This document shows, one piece after another, positions 8,779 to 18,513 of a stretch of 64,000 bases of DNA (positions are counted from its first letter, which is position 1; every line of letters starts with the position of its first letter). The stretch comes from an uncultured virus (IMG/VR IMGVR_UViG_3300020367_000003). Lineage: Duplodnaviria > Heunggongvirae > Uroviricota > Caudoviricetes > Kyanoviridae. The notes under the pieces were generated by a model. The model searched no databases and was not told the DNA's origin. It saw only the letters and a program-made list of their open reading frames with translations. The position numbers and the translations under genes were made by a program. Location of the stretch: the IMG/VR virus record IMGVR_UViG_3300020367_000003. One strand, given 5' to 3'.

Positions 8779-9803
8779 ACCTCCGATGCTTCCATATATA
8801 ATGACTTCAGTATATTAAATATATTATCCTTATTAGGCATATCCTCTAAAGACTGCTCTAACAGGGTCAGAGTGTCTTCTAATTCAATATCACCTACGTT
8901 ATCCCATACATCTGTATCATAAGACATGTCCTCAATTATTTTGAGGTCAGCGAGACCAGAGTCCTGTAACTCACGCATCTTATGATCAAAAATTAACTGG
9001 TCTCCTTTCGTTTCAACTACAACTTTAACATACTTTCCTTCTAAACCAGTAGGAATCTCTGTCTTGTTGCCTGTGTAGTATATTTTATGGAATGTCTCGA
9101 AAGGATTCTTATAAAACTTAAGTCTTGTGGTATTAGTATTTAGTATATGAAACCCACGATCATGACCGTAATCATTCCAGTAGAGTTGACATGGATTACC
9201 TAGGTAATGGACGTTAGATTTAGTACTTTTACAGTGGAAATGACCTGAGCATACCATCTTAAACTTAGATAGTTTGTTTGGGTCTTCCCCCTTCTCCATG
9301 ACGACACCAGGAACTGGTTCAAAACCATTTAATTCAAAGTGTCCCATGCAATATTCAGCATCTGTCTCTGATATTGCTTCAAAACATGCATCCCTATTCT
9401 CTTCACAGATCCAAGGGACAAGCATCATCTTCTTACCACCTATAAGCCTCTCACCTGGACAATAAATGATCTCAATATTATCAAACTCCCCAAGGAGAAG
9501 GTCAGGAGCGTTAACCCGAAGAGTATTTTTGAAATAGATGTCATGGTTACCTAGCAACATTGTCATTTTTACACCCCTATCTTTTAGAGGTCTAAACCAC
9601 ATGTCCTTTGCTGCTTCTAGAGAGTTAAAGTTAACCCCCTTTCTTCTATCAAAGGTATCACCAAGACATAATATCTCTGTTATACCTTCCTTATCAATGA
9701 TAGGAAGGACAGTTTCTGTATAAAACTTACGATACCTATCAACATAGTGCACGTTGTCATTTCTGACACCGAAGTGTTGGTCTGTTATTAATAAGACTTT
9801 CAT
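8775..9803 (-). CDS. gp47: Recombination endonuclease nuclease subunit (T4 gp47, Mre11/SbcD-like)
   Basis: ITDQHFG, LGDTFD, GNHD, GHFE, SGHFH phosphoesterase motifs. Confidence 0.97.
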   Translation of the reverse strand: MKVLLITDQHFGVRNDNVHYVDRYRKFYTETVLPIIDKEGITEILCLGDTFDRRKGVNFNSLEAAKDMWFRPLKDRGVKMTMLLGNHDIYFKNTLRVNAPDLLLGEFDNIEIIYCPGERLIGGKKMMLVPWICEENRDACFEAISETDAEYCMGHFELNGFEPVPGVVMEKGEDPNKLSKFKMVCSGHFHCKSTKSNVHYLGNPCQLYWNDYGHDRGFHILNTNTTRLKFYKNPFETFHKIYYTGNKTEIPTGLEGKYVKVVVETKGDQLIFDHKMRELQDSGLADLKIIEDMSYDTDVWDNVGDIELEDTLTLLEQSLEDMPNKDNIFNILKSLYMEASEV

Positions 9804-10372
9804 AGATAACCGTTAAAATTTATACTTAATGCTTTTCTGGGTGACTGTGTGATTTGTGTACGGTGTCGTAACCATCCTGGAAACAATAGGAAGTCACCAC
9901 TCACGCACTTTATACTTTCCGACATTAGCATATCACCCTGCTCTCCCGCAAGTGGTGTTAGCCTATGGATATAATCCAATGGATTTATCAGTTCGATATC
10001 TCCACCTTCACCCTTTTCAATATAGTATACCGAAGCTATGTGAGTTTGTCTAGTGCCATCGCAATGTGAATGTTCTGAGGTATGGTCTCCTGCTTCATGC
10101 CAATTAGCCCATGATGCAGTTGGTCTTATCTGAGCAGGTGCATACCCTAAGGTATTCCAATACTCTATTACATGAGGAAATAGTGCCTCAATGACATCAC
10201 ATACCTCCACACTACTATCATGCAGTTGTAGGTCACACTGTGCTGTGGAGAATCCACTTTCACCAGACCATACATTCTTACTAAGACCACTCCATAGGTC
10301 AGGAATCTTAAAATCCTGCTCTAAATGTCCTTTATATACTGGTACTTGAAATAGATTTTGCAGTTGGTGCAT
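9800..10372 (-). CDS. 2OG-Fe(II) oxygenase-like protein (TIGR02466 type)
   Basis: SWANW..GDH..EHSH, ASVYY, LLFPGWLRHRT, RKALSINF; start uncertain (10372 or 10387). Confidence 0.8.
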   Translation of the reverse strand: MHQLQNLFQVPVYKGHLEQDFKIPDLWSGLSKNVWSGESGFSTAQCDLQLHDSSVEVCDVIEALFPHVIEYWNTLGYAPAQIRPTASWANWHEAGDHTSEHSHCDGTRQTHIASVYYIEKGEGGDIELINPLDYIHRLTPLAGEQGDMLMSESIKCVSGDFLLFPGWLRHRTQITQSPRKALSINFNGYL

Positions 10373-11039
10373 CAAATAATACCTCATTCATATAATTATC
10401 TGTCCAGTCTTTGTCAAACCACTTCTCTAGTATACCACGAGTTTTATCATTTCGCTTCTGACTCTCGCAGTACCATATCTGGTCATCCAATCTCTTCATG
10501 GTATTAACCCAGAAGGTATCTCTCTCACTAGAGAGTACTATATCACGATACTCCTTAAGATATAGGAGCACTATACAATAAAAGTTTGCCTTATCAATCT
10601 CTTCACTCAAACGTGTGAACTTACAGTAGGGTGAGAAGATCTCATCACCCCATAGTGGGAGTGCTCTCTTACCACTAAAGGTAAACTTGTTACTAAGATC
10701 TCTTATCTCACTATAGAATTCCTCACCAACACCATGCACAGGAGAGACATCAACTATAGCAGCAGTAACTACCTTACCATTGGATACAATATCACATCCA
10801 AATATAGGTATAGCATAGTGAGGATCAGGAAAAAATACACAATGTAGTATCTTTATCCCACCTATCTCTGCTTCTTCTATATGAATCTTCCTTAACTCAG
10901 GTGTCTTAAACATTCTATTACGAATGGTGAGACCATCCTTCTCAACTATACTATGATTACTTGGTAATGGTTCTACATCAGGTAAATCCTCAATAGTACT
11001 AAGGATTAATCCACCTATGTCCTCTGTTAACTCACGCAT
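10332..11039 (-). CDS. pcyA: Phycocyanobilin:ferredoxin oxidoreductase
   Basis: RKIHIE, ILHCVFFP, PIFGCDIV, AAIVDVSP, LPLWGDEIFSPY, YC..Q.RNDKTR.ILEKWF. Confidence 0.92.
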   Translation of the reverse strand: MRELTEDIGGLILSTIEDLPDVEPLPSNHSIVEKDGLTIRNRMFKTPELRKIHIEEAEIGGIKILHCVFFPDPHYAIPIFGCDIVSNGKVVTAAIVDVSPVHGVGEEFYSEIRDLSNKFTFSGKRALPLWGDEIFSPYCKFTRLSEEIDKANFYCIVLLYLKEYRDIVLSSERDTFWVNTMKRLDDQIWYCESQKRNDKTRGILEKWFDKDWTDNYMNEVLFDAPTAKSISSTSI

Positions 11040-11673
11040 AACTAAAAAAGAATTCCCTGATTATTTTCTCCGACTCTTCTTTACCGAAGGCACTACCTAG
11101 ATACCCTGATATAGGGTCTAACTTAATCATATACTTATCAAAGTCATGGTAAAAGTTACCATCTTCTCCAGTAGGTTTTCCTTCATCTATTAAATGCTTA
11201 TACCAAATTAGATATGTCTTAAACATTGGTAGAAAATCATCTACCTCTGATGCTTTACAGTATCTAACGTAAATATTCTTTGAAAAATGATTACCCTTCT
11301 CAAAGAATCTATAATCTTTCTCTGCAAATGGTAGACTGTCTACCTCATACAGATAATTCTCTATTGGATGTTGGAAATCAAATACTATTATAACTTTCTT
11401 CTCACTAAATCCCATCAAGTCCATACCAAAGCAAGGGATTATCTCGTCTCCTACCTGTGGTGTCTTAGGATATATTATATTGTTGTGTATATTAAGATTT
11501 TTTCCGTCCCATATATCTACATGCCTAGACTTGAGGAAGTATTTACCACTGTATAAGTCAGCAGTTAACTTAACTCCTTTCTTATTCTCCCACGTTGCAT
11601 GATTAGATTCAAATGTTAGGTCAGGAAACGCATCAAAGACTGCTGACCTATAACCAGCCCATAAATCAGTCAT
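11032..11673 (-). CDS. pebS: Phycoerythrobilin synthase (ferredoxin-dependent bilin reductase)
   Basis: NNIIYPKT, PCFGMDLMGF, VFDFQHP, YRFFE.GNHFS, FD.YM..LDP; both catalytic Asp motifs present. Confidence 0.9.
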   Translation of the reverse strand: MTDLWAGYRSAVFDAFPDLTFESNHATWENKKGVKLTADLYSGKYFLKSRHVDIWDGKNLNIHNNIIYPKTPQVGDEIIPCFGMDLMGFSEKKVIIVFDFQHPIENYLYEVDSLPFAEKDYRFFEKGNHFSKNIYVRYCKASEVDDFLPMFKTYLIWYKHLIDEGKPTGEDGNFYHDFDKYMIKLDPISGYLGSAFGKEESEKIIREFFFSYA

Positions 11674-11860
11674 GTATTCCGTATGGTGTTAGATCATATT
11701 TTGCCACCACTAAAGGTTCACCCTTACGTGGTGTTGGTTCACCTATCTTTGCTAGGATATCAGCTGGTATCTTCTTCATACTAATGTCATAGGGTATGGG
11801 TGCGTTAGATAGACATACTCTCACACATTCCCACTCCTCCTCTGTTAATTCATACATCAC
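11666..11860 (-). CDS. Hypothetical protein
   Basis: ORF overlapping gp55 and pebS in a coupled arrangement. Confidence 0.65.
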   Translation of the reverse strand: MMYELTEEEWECVRVCLSNAPIPYDISMKKIPADILAKIGEPTPRKGEPLVVAKYDLTPYGIHD

Positions 11861-12336
11861 TGTCGCATATTAGTTTCGATACGACCTTTAATCTGATTCA
11901 TATCAGCATGGTTATCTTTATCATCTGAATGGAATACTTGATCATATCCACTCTTTTCTATGAGTTTATCTCTGATATCCATTTGACGCTTCTCTTTTGC
12001 TATTCTTCTTAAGAAAGCGTAATATATTATCTGTGTGAAATAGGCAAAGGGATTCTTAGATTTAGTTGGGTCAAAGTTATCAATATATTGGACACAATTT
12101 TCAACACCATCGGATATCATATCCTCTTTAAACATATAGTTAATGAAGTTAGGTCTATATGATAAGTGTGTTGCTATTTTTAAAAAACATTCAGCAAGAT
12201 ATCTTGATATGACAGGTTTATCCCAGTCGGAAGCACGAGCATCATCAACCGCTTGGCGATACTTAATGATCTCTTCTAAAAACTTTTTGTTGTCAACGTA
12301 ATGTTGTTTCTGTTTACGTGCCACCTTTCTTGCCAT
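11857..12336 (-). CDS. gp55: Late-transcription sigma factor (T4 gp55)
   Basis: HYVDNKKFL, LSYRPNFINY, DMISDGVENC, NPFAYFTQI.YYAFLRRI.KEK. Confidence 0.97.
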   Translation of the reverse strand: MARKVARKQKQHYVDNKKFLEEIIKYRQAVDDARASDWDKPVISRYLAECFLKIATHLSYRPNFINYMFKEDMISDGVENCVQYIDNFDPTKSKNPFAYFTQIIYYAFLRRIAKEKRQMDIRDKLIEKSGYDQVFHSDDKDNHADMNQIKGRIETNMRQ

Positions 12337-12356
12337 ATCTCTATCTCACCTGATTC

Positions 12357-12385
12357 ATTATAAGGAACTAATGTAGTTATGTCAA
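12357..12385 (-). promoter_or_regulatory. Consensus sigma70 promoter TTGACA-N17-TATAAT upstream of gp55
   Basis: Perfect match read directly; the -35 overlaps the upstream TGA. Confidence 0.85.
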
Positions 12386-12816
12386 GCGTTAGTGCGTCTC
12401 CAGAAGTCTTCTAATTTAGATCTAAAGTCAGAGACCTTACCAACAAGTCCCATATTTTTATTCATCTCAATCTCAACGTCTGAATTCTTACCACCCTTCT
12501 CTTTTCTTAACCACATTTTATACATTAATACTGCTTCCATTGCCATGGGAGCACAAGTTATTACATCATCTTCATTAACCATGTAGAAATCTTCATCGGA
12601 AAACATCATCCACTTGATAAGACCTACCGCCATACCTGGCTGTCCCTCCTTCTCCACTTGATGATTAACTGGAGTAGCAGGTTCTTGTATATAAAATACC
12701 GTTTTACCTGGTTGAAAGTCTTCTTCGGTAGCAATCATGGATCCCATAACGGTCTCACCTGATCGTAACTTTATTATACCGTAGAATTCTTGCTCATGTT
12801 TAATATAATTAATCAT
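12382..12816 (-). CDS. Conserved T4-like cyanophage protein (IIKLRSGE Sm-like motif)
   Basis: FYGIIKLRSGE, KWMMFSDED; usual position between uvsW and gp55. Confidence 0.7.
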   Translation of the reverse strand: MINYIKHEQEFYGIIKLRSGETVMGSMIATEEDFQPGKTVFYIQEPATPVNHQVEKEGQPGMAVGLIKWMMFSDEDFYMVNEDDVITCAPMAMEAVLMYKMWLRKEKGGKNSDVEIEMNKNMGLVGKVSDFRSKLEDFWRRTNA

Positions 12817-14273
12817 TTCCTAAAGTTGATTTTAGTTATATCATAATCAAATTCCTCTTCATCGTATATCTTCATCCTTTCGACAAGATGACGAAGAGTG
12901 TAATTATATTGAGACCCTTTAGAGCAGTCATCAGCAATGTCATACAACACTGCCTGTGCTTTATTGTCTCCCTTCCTTAAAACACGTCCTATAGACTGTA
13001 GATTCCTCACCCTAGACTTACTAGGGGATGCGAAGATAACATTGTGTAAGTTTCTGATATTAATACCAGTGGAGAAAGTTCCATATGATGCCATTATTAT
13101 AGCATCCTTTTCGGATTCGCAAATTTTTCTTGCTTCTTCTCTCTCAACAGCATCTACACCACCGTGTATGTAAAAGATCTTACGATCCTTATTTACTTTA
13201 CTATTTAGTAATTCCCAAAGTGGTTCTCCGTGTTTCTCTATGTAGTTAAAAAGCACCAATGTGTTACCTTCTAGGTCTAGTGCTAGGTTACAGATGAAAT
13301 TACTACGCTTGGTGTGCATACATAGGTAATCCATCTCCTGTTGGTAATGGTCAAAGGGTACCCACCCATGCTTAAGGACTAGACAACGCACCTTTAATGG
13401 TGTAAGATGTCCTTTCTTCATCAATTCAACTGTATTGGTGACCCTATCTACCCTACCAAAGAGTCCTTCTAACACCAGTTGGTGCGACTCCATACCGTCT
13501 AGGGTACCAGTTAGTCCTACCTTATACTTCGCATCATAACACTTCGTGAGGATGCCAGTGAGCGACTTAGCTTTATATAAGTGTGCTTCATCCCCGATAA
13601 CGACATCAAAACGTTCAAAGAACTTCTTGGATTCTTTATAAATGCTCTGCCAAGTACTAATAACGACTGGATTATCAACATACTTCTCTTCACCCGCACT
13701 AATCTTGTGGACATAATGCCTGACATTCCAACCATACTCTACAAAATCCTTATACAATTGTTCTACAAGCGAGACCGTAGGAACAATAATTAATATCTGC
13801 CTCTTCTTTAATAAGTGCCAACGTACCAAGGCATATATTATCAGAGATTTACCTGACCCTGTAGGGGATAGTAAAAGCTTGCGACGAAATTTAATCGCTG
13901 TGTAAATTCCTCGCAGCTGGTAATCTCGGACTTTGAAGGGGATCCTAAGAGCACGAATAAAAGCCGCTGTGCCTTCAGGTGTGACATATTCTTCTACTTC
14001 GTTAGGTCTACCATAATATTTATCTTCTACTACCTTATAATCATACCCCTTTTCTTCTAGGTAATCAGTTAGGTAATCAAATAGACCACAATATATTTCT
14101 CCTGTACCAGGTGAGTAAAGTCTTATCTTTCCATCCCAATATCTACGTTTGACGGCTGGCATATACTTTGCACCAGGCACTTCAAACTGGAAATGATCAG
14201 ATAATTCCTTATGTAGATGGGGTTCTGCCTCTACTTTCAGAAAGACTTCATTCTTTTTGTAGATGAGTGTCAC
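12813..14273 (-). CDS. uvsW: UvsW RNA-DNA/DNA helicase
   Basis: SPTGSGKS, DEAH, GLTGT, QSIGRVLR. Confidence 0.97.
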   Translation of the reverse strand: MTLIYKKNEVFLKVEAEPHLHKELSDHFQFEVPGAKYMPAVKRRYWDGKIRLYSPGTGEIYCGLFDYLTDYLEEKGYDYKVVEDKYYGRPNEVEEYVTPEGTAAFIRALRIPFKVRDYQLRGIYTAIKFRRKLLLSPTGSGKSLIIYALVRWHLLKKRQILIIVPTVSLVEQLYKDFVEYGWNVRHYVHKISAGEEKYVDNPVVISTWQSIYKESKKFFERFDVVIGDEAHLYKAKSLTGILTKCYDAKYKVGLTGTLDGMESHQLVLEGLFGRVDRVTNTVELMKKGHLTPLKVRCLVLKHGWVPFDHYQQEMDYLCMHTKRSNFICNLALDLEGNTLVLFNYIEKHGEPLWELLNSKVNKDRKIFYIHGGVDAVEREEARKICESEKDAIIMASYGTFSTGINIRNLHNVIFASPSKSRVRNLQSIGRVLRKGDNKAQAVLYDIADDCSKGSQYNYTLRHLVERMKIYDEEEFDYDITKINFRK

Positions 14274-14713
14274 CTAATTCCATAATACTTAACAATTTCA
14301 ATAGTATTCTTGATGGCAAACCCACGTGAATCGATCTGCTTAAGAATCCTATCAACACAATTTATACAAGTTTCTAGGTAATCTATTTTTTGTTTGGCCT
14401 TGCACATCTGAGTATCACTATGGATGTACATGTCAAGGTCACCCTTTAATATCTTTAAATCAAAAGGATTTTCTTTGTATACATGAGATGGTGCTTTACC
14501 TGAGTAATATTCCCACTTCTCTCTTAGCAATTTTTTATACTTAACCTCAGCATCTGAGAGCATGAGTTTAAATTCATTATGTAATTGCACATATTTTGCA
14601 TGGAGTCTAGGTGTTTCCATACTATCGTTGGCAAGCAACTCTGGTAACTCCCTATGGTCAAAGAATGCTTGTGAATCCTTCTTCCATAACTCTTCAATTT
14701 TATCAAGATTCAT
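14270..14713 (-). CDS. uvsY: UvsY recombination mediator
   Basis: PRLHAKY, WEYYSGKA, RGFAIKN; synteny with uvsW. Confidence 0.9.
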   Translation of the reverse strand: MNLDKIEELWKKDSQAFFDHRELPELLANDSMETPRLHAKYVQLHNEFKLMLSDAEVKYKKLLREKWEYYSGKAPSHVYKENPFDLKILKGDLDMYIHSDTQMCKAKQKIDYLETCINCVDRILKQIDSRGFAIKNTIEIVKYYGIR

Positions 14714-15267
14714 TAATCTAATTGTTTATTCCGCTTCGTATCTTCCTTAGTTCTGATTTCGTATGCCAAGTAACGGAATGATACCTGTGCCATAGCATAT
14801 TCAGTACCATCTACTGTAGCATTAAATTCCAATGCATTCAACCCTGTTGGTATTAAGTCTTCAAATACTACATCAAAGTTATGTTGGAAATTACTATTCA
14901 ATACAAACAATGTAGCGTCTGCATAGAGTAAATTACCACCAAAATTCTGTCTGAATTTATTTAAATACTCTCCTCTTTCAGTACCAAACTCTGGTGTACC
15001 TAGTGCACGTATCCAGTTATGGAGAATCAAATAGTTTTCCATATTCTCATCCACTAAGAATGAGATAGTAAGTGGGTCATAGGTACAGAAACCTTCTAAA
15101 GGTAACTGTCTAGTAGGTGTTGGTTGCTCTTGAATATTTAAATTCAAGGTAGGAATGTTAGCACTCTGGCAGAAGTAAGATACTTTTGGAAATTTTGCAA
15201 TAGAAAACTTAAATCCTATGGGTGATAGGAAGTTTCTATTCTCTATTTGCTTGTTCCAGGTTGTCAT
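14713..15267 (-). CDS. gp3: Tail completion / sheath stabiliser (T4 gp3)
   Basis: NRNFLSPIGFKF, YFCQSANIP, FLVDENMENY. Confidence 0.9.
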   Translation of the reverse strand: MTTWNKQIENRNFLSPIGFKFSIAKFPKVSYFCQSANIPTLNLNIQEQPTPTRQLPLEGFCTYDPLTISFLVDENMENYLILHNWIRALGTPEFGTERGEYLNKFRQNFGGNLLYADATLFVLNSNFQHNFDVVFEDLIPTGLNALEFNATVDGTEYAMAQVSFRYLAYEIRTKEDTKRNKQLD

Positions 15268-15421
15268 ATCTATACGTTAGTCGGTCCCAGATTCCTCTGG
15301 CATGATTGTTATGCTCAACTAATTTCTGAGCCCAAATCCTATCTTCCAGACTAACTTCCCTGTTAAGTTTAGTTTTACAGGCAATGATTGTTAGTCTAAG
15401 TCTATAGTCCTTGCTTAACAT
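15236..15421 (-). CDS. Conserved cyanophage hypothetical protein
   Basis: MLS..YRLRL..I..K.....EV.LED.IWA.KL motif. Confidence 0.7.
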   Translation of the reverse strand: MLSKDYRLRLTIIACKTKLNREVSLEDRIWAQKLVEHNNHARGIWDRLTYRYDNLEQANRE

Positions 15422-15428
15422 ATTTATA
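15421..15428 (-). promoter_or_regulatory. T4-type late promoter TATAAATA
   Basis: Exact T4 consensus; overlaps an upstream stop and a downstream ATG. Confidence 0.5.
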
Positions 15429-15738
15429 TCCGTGGTATATAACTCTTATACTTCTCAACTTGTGGTATAACATCATTCTCTACTCTCTCTACAATCTGAT
15501 CGATTATATCAACATCAATATTCATAAATGGTGGGATGATACCTAAGATTCTTAATAAACCATCAACAAATAATGCTAAACATGTGAATCCCAGAATCAT
15601 ACTGATGATAGTAGCGTCACGATTATGCTTACGCATGGATTCTTCATCGATGCGTCGTGCTTCTGCAACTGCCTCAGCAATTAGTATATCGACCTCCTCC
15701 TTTGTATAGGAGATCTTTCTGATCATTTCTTCTGTCAT
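15424..15738 (-). CDS. Membrane protein of Prochlorococcus/cyanophage type
   Basis: KHNRDATIISMILGF..LALFVDGLLRILGIIPPFM hydrophobic hairpin. Confidence 0.75.
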   Translation of the reverse strand: MTEEMIRKISYTKEEVDILIAEAVAEARRIDEESMRKHNRDATIISMILGFTCLALFVDGLLRILGIIPPFMNIDVDIIDQIVERVENDVIPQVEKYKSYIPRI

Positions 15739-15753
15739 ATGTGTATTGTATCA

Positions 15754-15918
15754 TTACATCCAATATTCGTCTAGTACGTCCAGTGTCCTATTTAAATATT
15801 CATCTGCACCTTTACACTCCCACTCACCCTTCTCTCCGATCTCACACTTGTAGTGCAGTTCTCTTTTGAGTTGCATAAGTCTAGAGGTCATAGCAACTTT
15901 GTCCAGTCTGCCGTTCAT
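15754..15918 (-). CDS. 54-aa hypothetical protein (MNGRLDKVAMTSRLMQLKRELHYKCEIGEKGEWECKGADEYLNRTLDVLDEYWM)
   Basis: Manual translation; below the ORF-track cutoff; preceded by a late promoter. Confidence 0.7.
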   Translation of the reverse strand: MNGRLDKVAMTSRLMQLKRELHYKCEIGEKGEWECKGADEYLNRTLDVLDEYWM

Positions 15919-15940
15919 GGCTATACCTATTCTACACTAA

Positions 15941-15947
15941 TATTTAG
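15941..15947 (-). promoter_or_regulatory. Late promoter CTAAATA downstream of the gp23 terminator
   Basis: TAAATA core, intergenic. Confidence 0.65.
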
Positions 15948-15960
15948 GTGTCTTAGCATA

Positions 15961-15986
15961 AAAAAAGACCCCAGAGGGGTCTTTTT
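15961..15986 (-). terminator. Rho-independent terminator after gp23 (possibly bidirectional)
   Basis: AAAAAAGACCCC-AGA-GGGGTCTTTTT hairpin with A/T tracts on both sides. Confidence 0.85.
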
Positions 15987-16008
15987 GTTGATATCGTAAT
16001 CGATATTA

Positions 16009-17376
16009 TTACATTAGGTTGTTAACTCTAACACGTCTGTAATAACGGTTAGCATTAGCAGTTAGAGCACCTTGACCTTGGGTTAGACCCTCTGCGAATG
16101 GGTTTGCGACCATTCCGTAACGAGTCTTGAATCCAATTTTTGGTTGGAAGGTGTCTTGTCCTACAGCTCTGACCATCTGTAATGGCACGTAAGGGCAGTA
16201 GAATAATCCTGCGTCATATGCAGAGCTACCTTTGTATCCAGAAACATAGAAGTGAGCGTCACTTACGTTTGCTGAATAAGGGTCAACATAGACCTTAATG
16301 CGTCCGTTTAGGGTTCCAACAAGAGTAGAAGAGTTATCATCTACGTTTCCTAGTCCTCCTACAGCACCATTGATGCCAGAAGAGTAGTCGAGAACTCCAG
16401 CCATAGAGAGAGCAGATGCCACATCAGCAGAGCAGATGAGGATGTTGCCCTTCCCACGACGAGTTTCATGCCCGATGGCATTCATGTCTCTTTCGATTTG
16501 GAAAAGTAGTCCCTTAAACTTTTCAACTGACCATCTTCCGTTTGAGTCAACGTCGAGGTCAAAAACACCAGCTGTTGCTGTGTTATTCTGTGCACCTGGG
16601 CGAGCGATCTTGTAGACTGTTCTTACAACTTCACGGTTGATTTCAGCAAGTACCTCTGTTGAGAGGATGTTTGCCAATTCAGACTCAGCGTCTAGTCCGT
16701 GAACTGCCTTCAAGTCTTGAGCAAGCTCTAAACTGTACTCAGCTTTCAAAGCACGTGACTTAGCAGTAACAGTAACCTTCTCAATCGAGAATCCCATCTC
16801 GTTGAAGTGGTTGCCAGCTGCGTCACCTAATGCTTCAGACTGAGCAGTAGTCATACCCTGACCACCGATGGTGTATTGTCCTGCACCGTCAGTTAGTAGA
16901 CCTGGGTTGCTTCCTGTCTGAGTATTAGAAGCAAGACTGTTGCCACTGTTCTCAGATGAATGCTCGGTATCAACTTCGTTGAAGAATGTTTCAACTGCAC
17001 TGTTGTTGATATCTCTGTTTGTGCCTTTTGTGGATCTCATTGCAAAGATAAGTCCAGTAGGACCTGTCATTGGTTGAACTCCGCAAATGTCGTAAGCGAT
17101 TAGCTTAGGCATACTACGACGGATTAATGAAATTAGAACTGGGTCGAAACCTGCAACAGGACCTGTAGCGGTGCTACTTCCTGAGTAACCAGTACCACCA
17201 AGTGAGTTGGTAGGTGCTGCTTCAGTTACGAGACCTCTCTCTTCTTTCAAAAATCTTTCTTGGTTCTCCAGGAGGACTGATGTTACCGCTTTTCTATAGG
17301 TATCCTTAATAGGATCGAGCTCAGAATGCTCTAGAATTGGGTCCCACTTTTCCTGAAGTGCTTCTGCGTTAAACAT
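16009..17376 (-). CDS. gp23: Major capsid protein (T4 gp23)
   Basis: LLENQE, GVQPMTGPTGLIFAMR, SRALKAEYSLELAQDLKAVHGLDAE, FQPKIGFKTRYG. Confidence 0.99.
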   Translation of the reverse strand: MFNAEALQEKWDPILEHSELDPIKDTYRKAVTSVLLENQERFLKEERGLVTEAAPTNSLGGTGYSGSSTATGPVAGFDPVLISLIRRSMPKLIAYDICGVQPMTGPTGLIFAMRSTKGTNRDINNSAVETFFNEVDTEHSSENSGNSLASNTQTGSNPGLLTDGAGQYTIGGQGMTTAQSEALGDAAGNHFNEMGFSIEKVTVTAKSRALKAEYSLELAQDLKAVHGLDAESELANILSTEVLAEINREVVRTVYKIARPGAQNNTATAGVFDLDVDSNGRWSVEKFKGLLFQIERDMNAIGHETRRGKGNILICSADVASALSMAGVLDYSSGINGAVGGLGNVDDNSSTLVGTLNGRIKVYVDPYSANVSDAHFYVSGYKGSSAYDAGLFYCPYVPLQMVRAVGQDTFQPKIGFKTRYGMVANPFAEGLTQGQGALTANANRYYRRVRVNNLM

Positions 17377-17409
17377 TGTTAACTGACTCCGTAAGAAATA
17401 GATTGTGGA

Positions 17410-18456
17410 TTATTTGCCCCATCTTGCAATGGCTTGTGCGTATGCTTCCATAGCAGTGCCTTGCTCAGGTGCGTTCTCTACTTGGACATCCTCAGTGACA
17501 GTTGTCTTCTCAGGCTTTGTAGAGAAATAGGATTCACGTAGTGTAGAAACCTTCGTGCGGAAGGATTCTTCATCGACAAACTCAACAGCTTCTGCTAGAG
17601 AAATAAGTTTCTCTTTCTGAGAGAGACTTAAGCCCTCTGCAATCTCTGTCACAATCCCATTCTTAATATAGCCGCCAACCTGCTTAGACAGACCAACGTT
17701 TTCTTCAATTGATTCGTTGAGTTTAGACTCCATATTATTAAGCTGACTCTGTAGATCATCTACGAAATCAACTTTCTCATCGGGAATTTCAATGTAATTC
17801 TCGACGAAAACTTGCTTAAGACCTTTAAGTACTGACTCTCCCATCTCTGCCTTAATACCTGCTTCAACTTGGAGGTGATTCTTCTTCATCCATGCTTCTA
17901 CAGCGTATGTAAGGTACTCATCTACCTTCTCAGAGAGGTCTGTCTTTACAGTCTCAATTTCTTCTTCTAGTGCCTTTGCATAGTCTACATGCATGCGGTC
18001 TAGTTCTTCATTAAGGCGAGATACTACTGCTGCTTCAAAGATAGTTTTTGCTTTCTCTTTGAATTCTTCTGATAGTTCTTCACCTTCAGTAAGTGCAGCT
18101 ACGTCAGCAGATAAGTCTACCTCAATAGTTCTTTCTTCCTCTGTTTGAGGATCTTCGGCAATCACGTCACCTTCTGGTTCGTGTCCTGCTTTTACATCAC
18201 CCTTATCACTAAATTCTGCCTTCTGTGCGGAAGCATCAGATGGTTTAGTTGTAGGTGCTTGGGCGTTTCCACCTGCGATAGTTTTGTATTTGTTACTATC
18301 ATCTGTTGGTTTGGAATTAAAAGGTGTAGGTCCACCTAAATCTTGTGCTCCACCAAGACGAGACTGATCACCTTCAAGCTTTCCTTGAGGGTCTGCGGGC
18401 TTCGCTCCTGCGGTTACACTTGATTCATCCAGAGTTTTAGTATTCTCTTCTGACAT
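17410..18456 (-). CDS. gp22: Prohead core scaffold protein (T4 gp22)
   Basis: LSEEFKEKAKTIFEAAV, KVDEYL.Y, LRESYF; synteny. Confidence 0.95.
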   Translation of the reverse strand: MSEENTKTLDESSVTAGAKPADPQGKLEGDQSRLGGAQDLGGPTPFNSKPTDDSNKYKTIAGGNAQAPTTKPSDASAQKAEFSDKGDVKAGHEPEGDVIAEDPQTEEERTIEVDLSADVAALTEGEELSEEFKEKAKTIFEAAVVSRLNEELDRMHVDYAKALEEEIETVKTDLSEKVDEYLTYAVEAWMKKNHLQVEAGIKAEMGESVLKGLKQVFVENYIEIPDEKVDFVDDLQSQLNNMESKLNESIEENVGLSKQVGGYIKNGIVTEIAEGLSLSQKEKLISLAEAVEFVDEESFRTKVSTLRESYFSTKPEKTTVTEDVQVENAPEQGTAMEAYAQAIARWGK

Positions 18457-18494
18457 TAGAAGTCTCCTTGCGACAAAATGCGATTGCTATAGAT

Positions 18495-18501
18495 TATTTA
18501 G
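18495..18501 (-). promoter_or_regulatory. Late promoter CTAAATA upstream of gp22
   Basis: TAAATA core, intergenic. Confidence 0.65.
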
Positions 18502-18513
18502 ACAACCAGATAT

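Noticed and set aside
15267..16009. Absence of gp24 after gp23
   Set aside because: Usual for T4-like cyanophages; not novel
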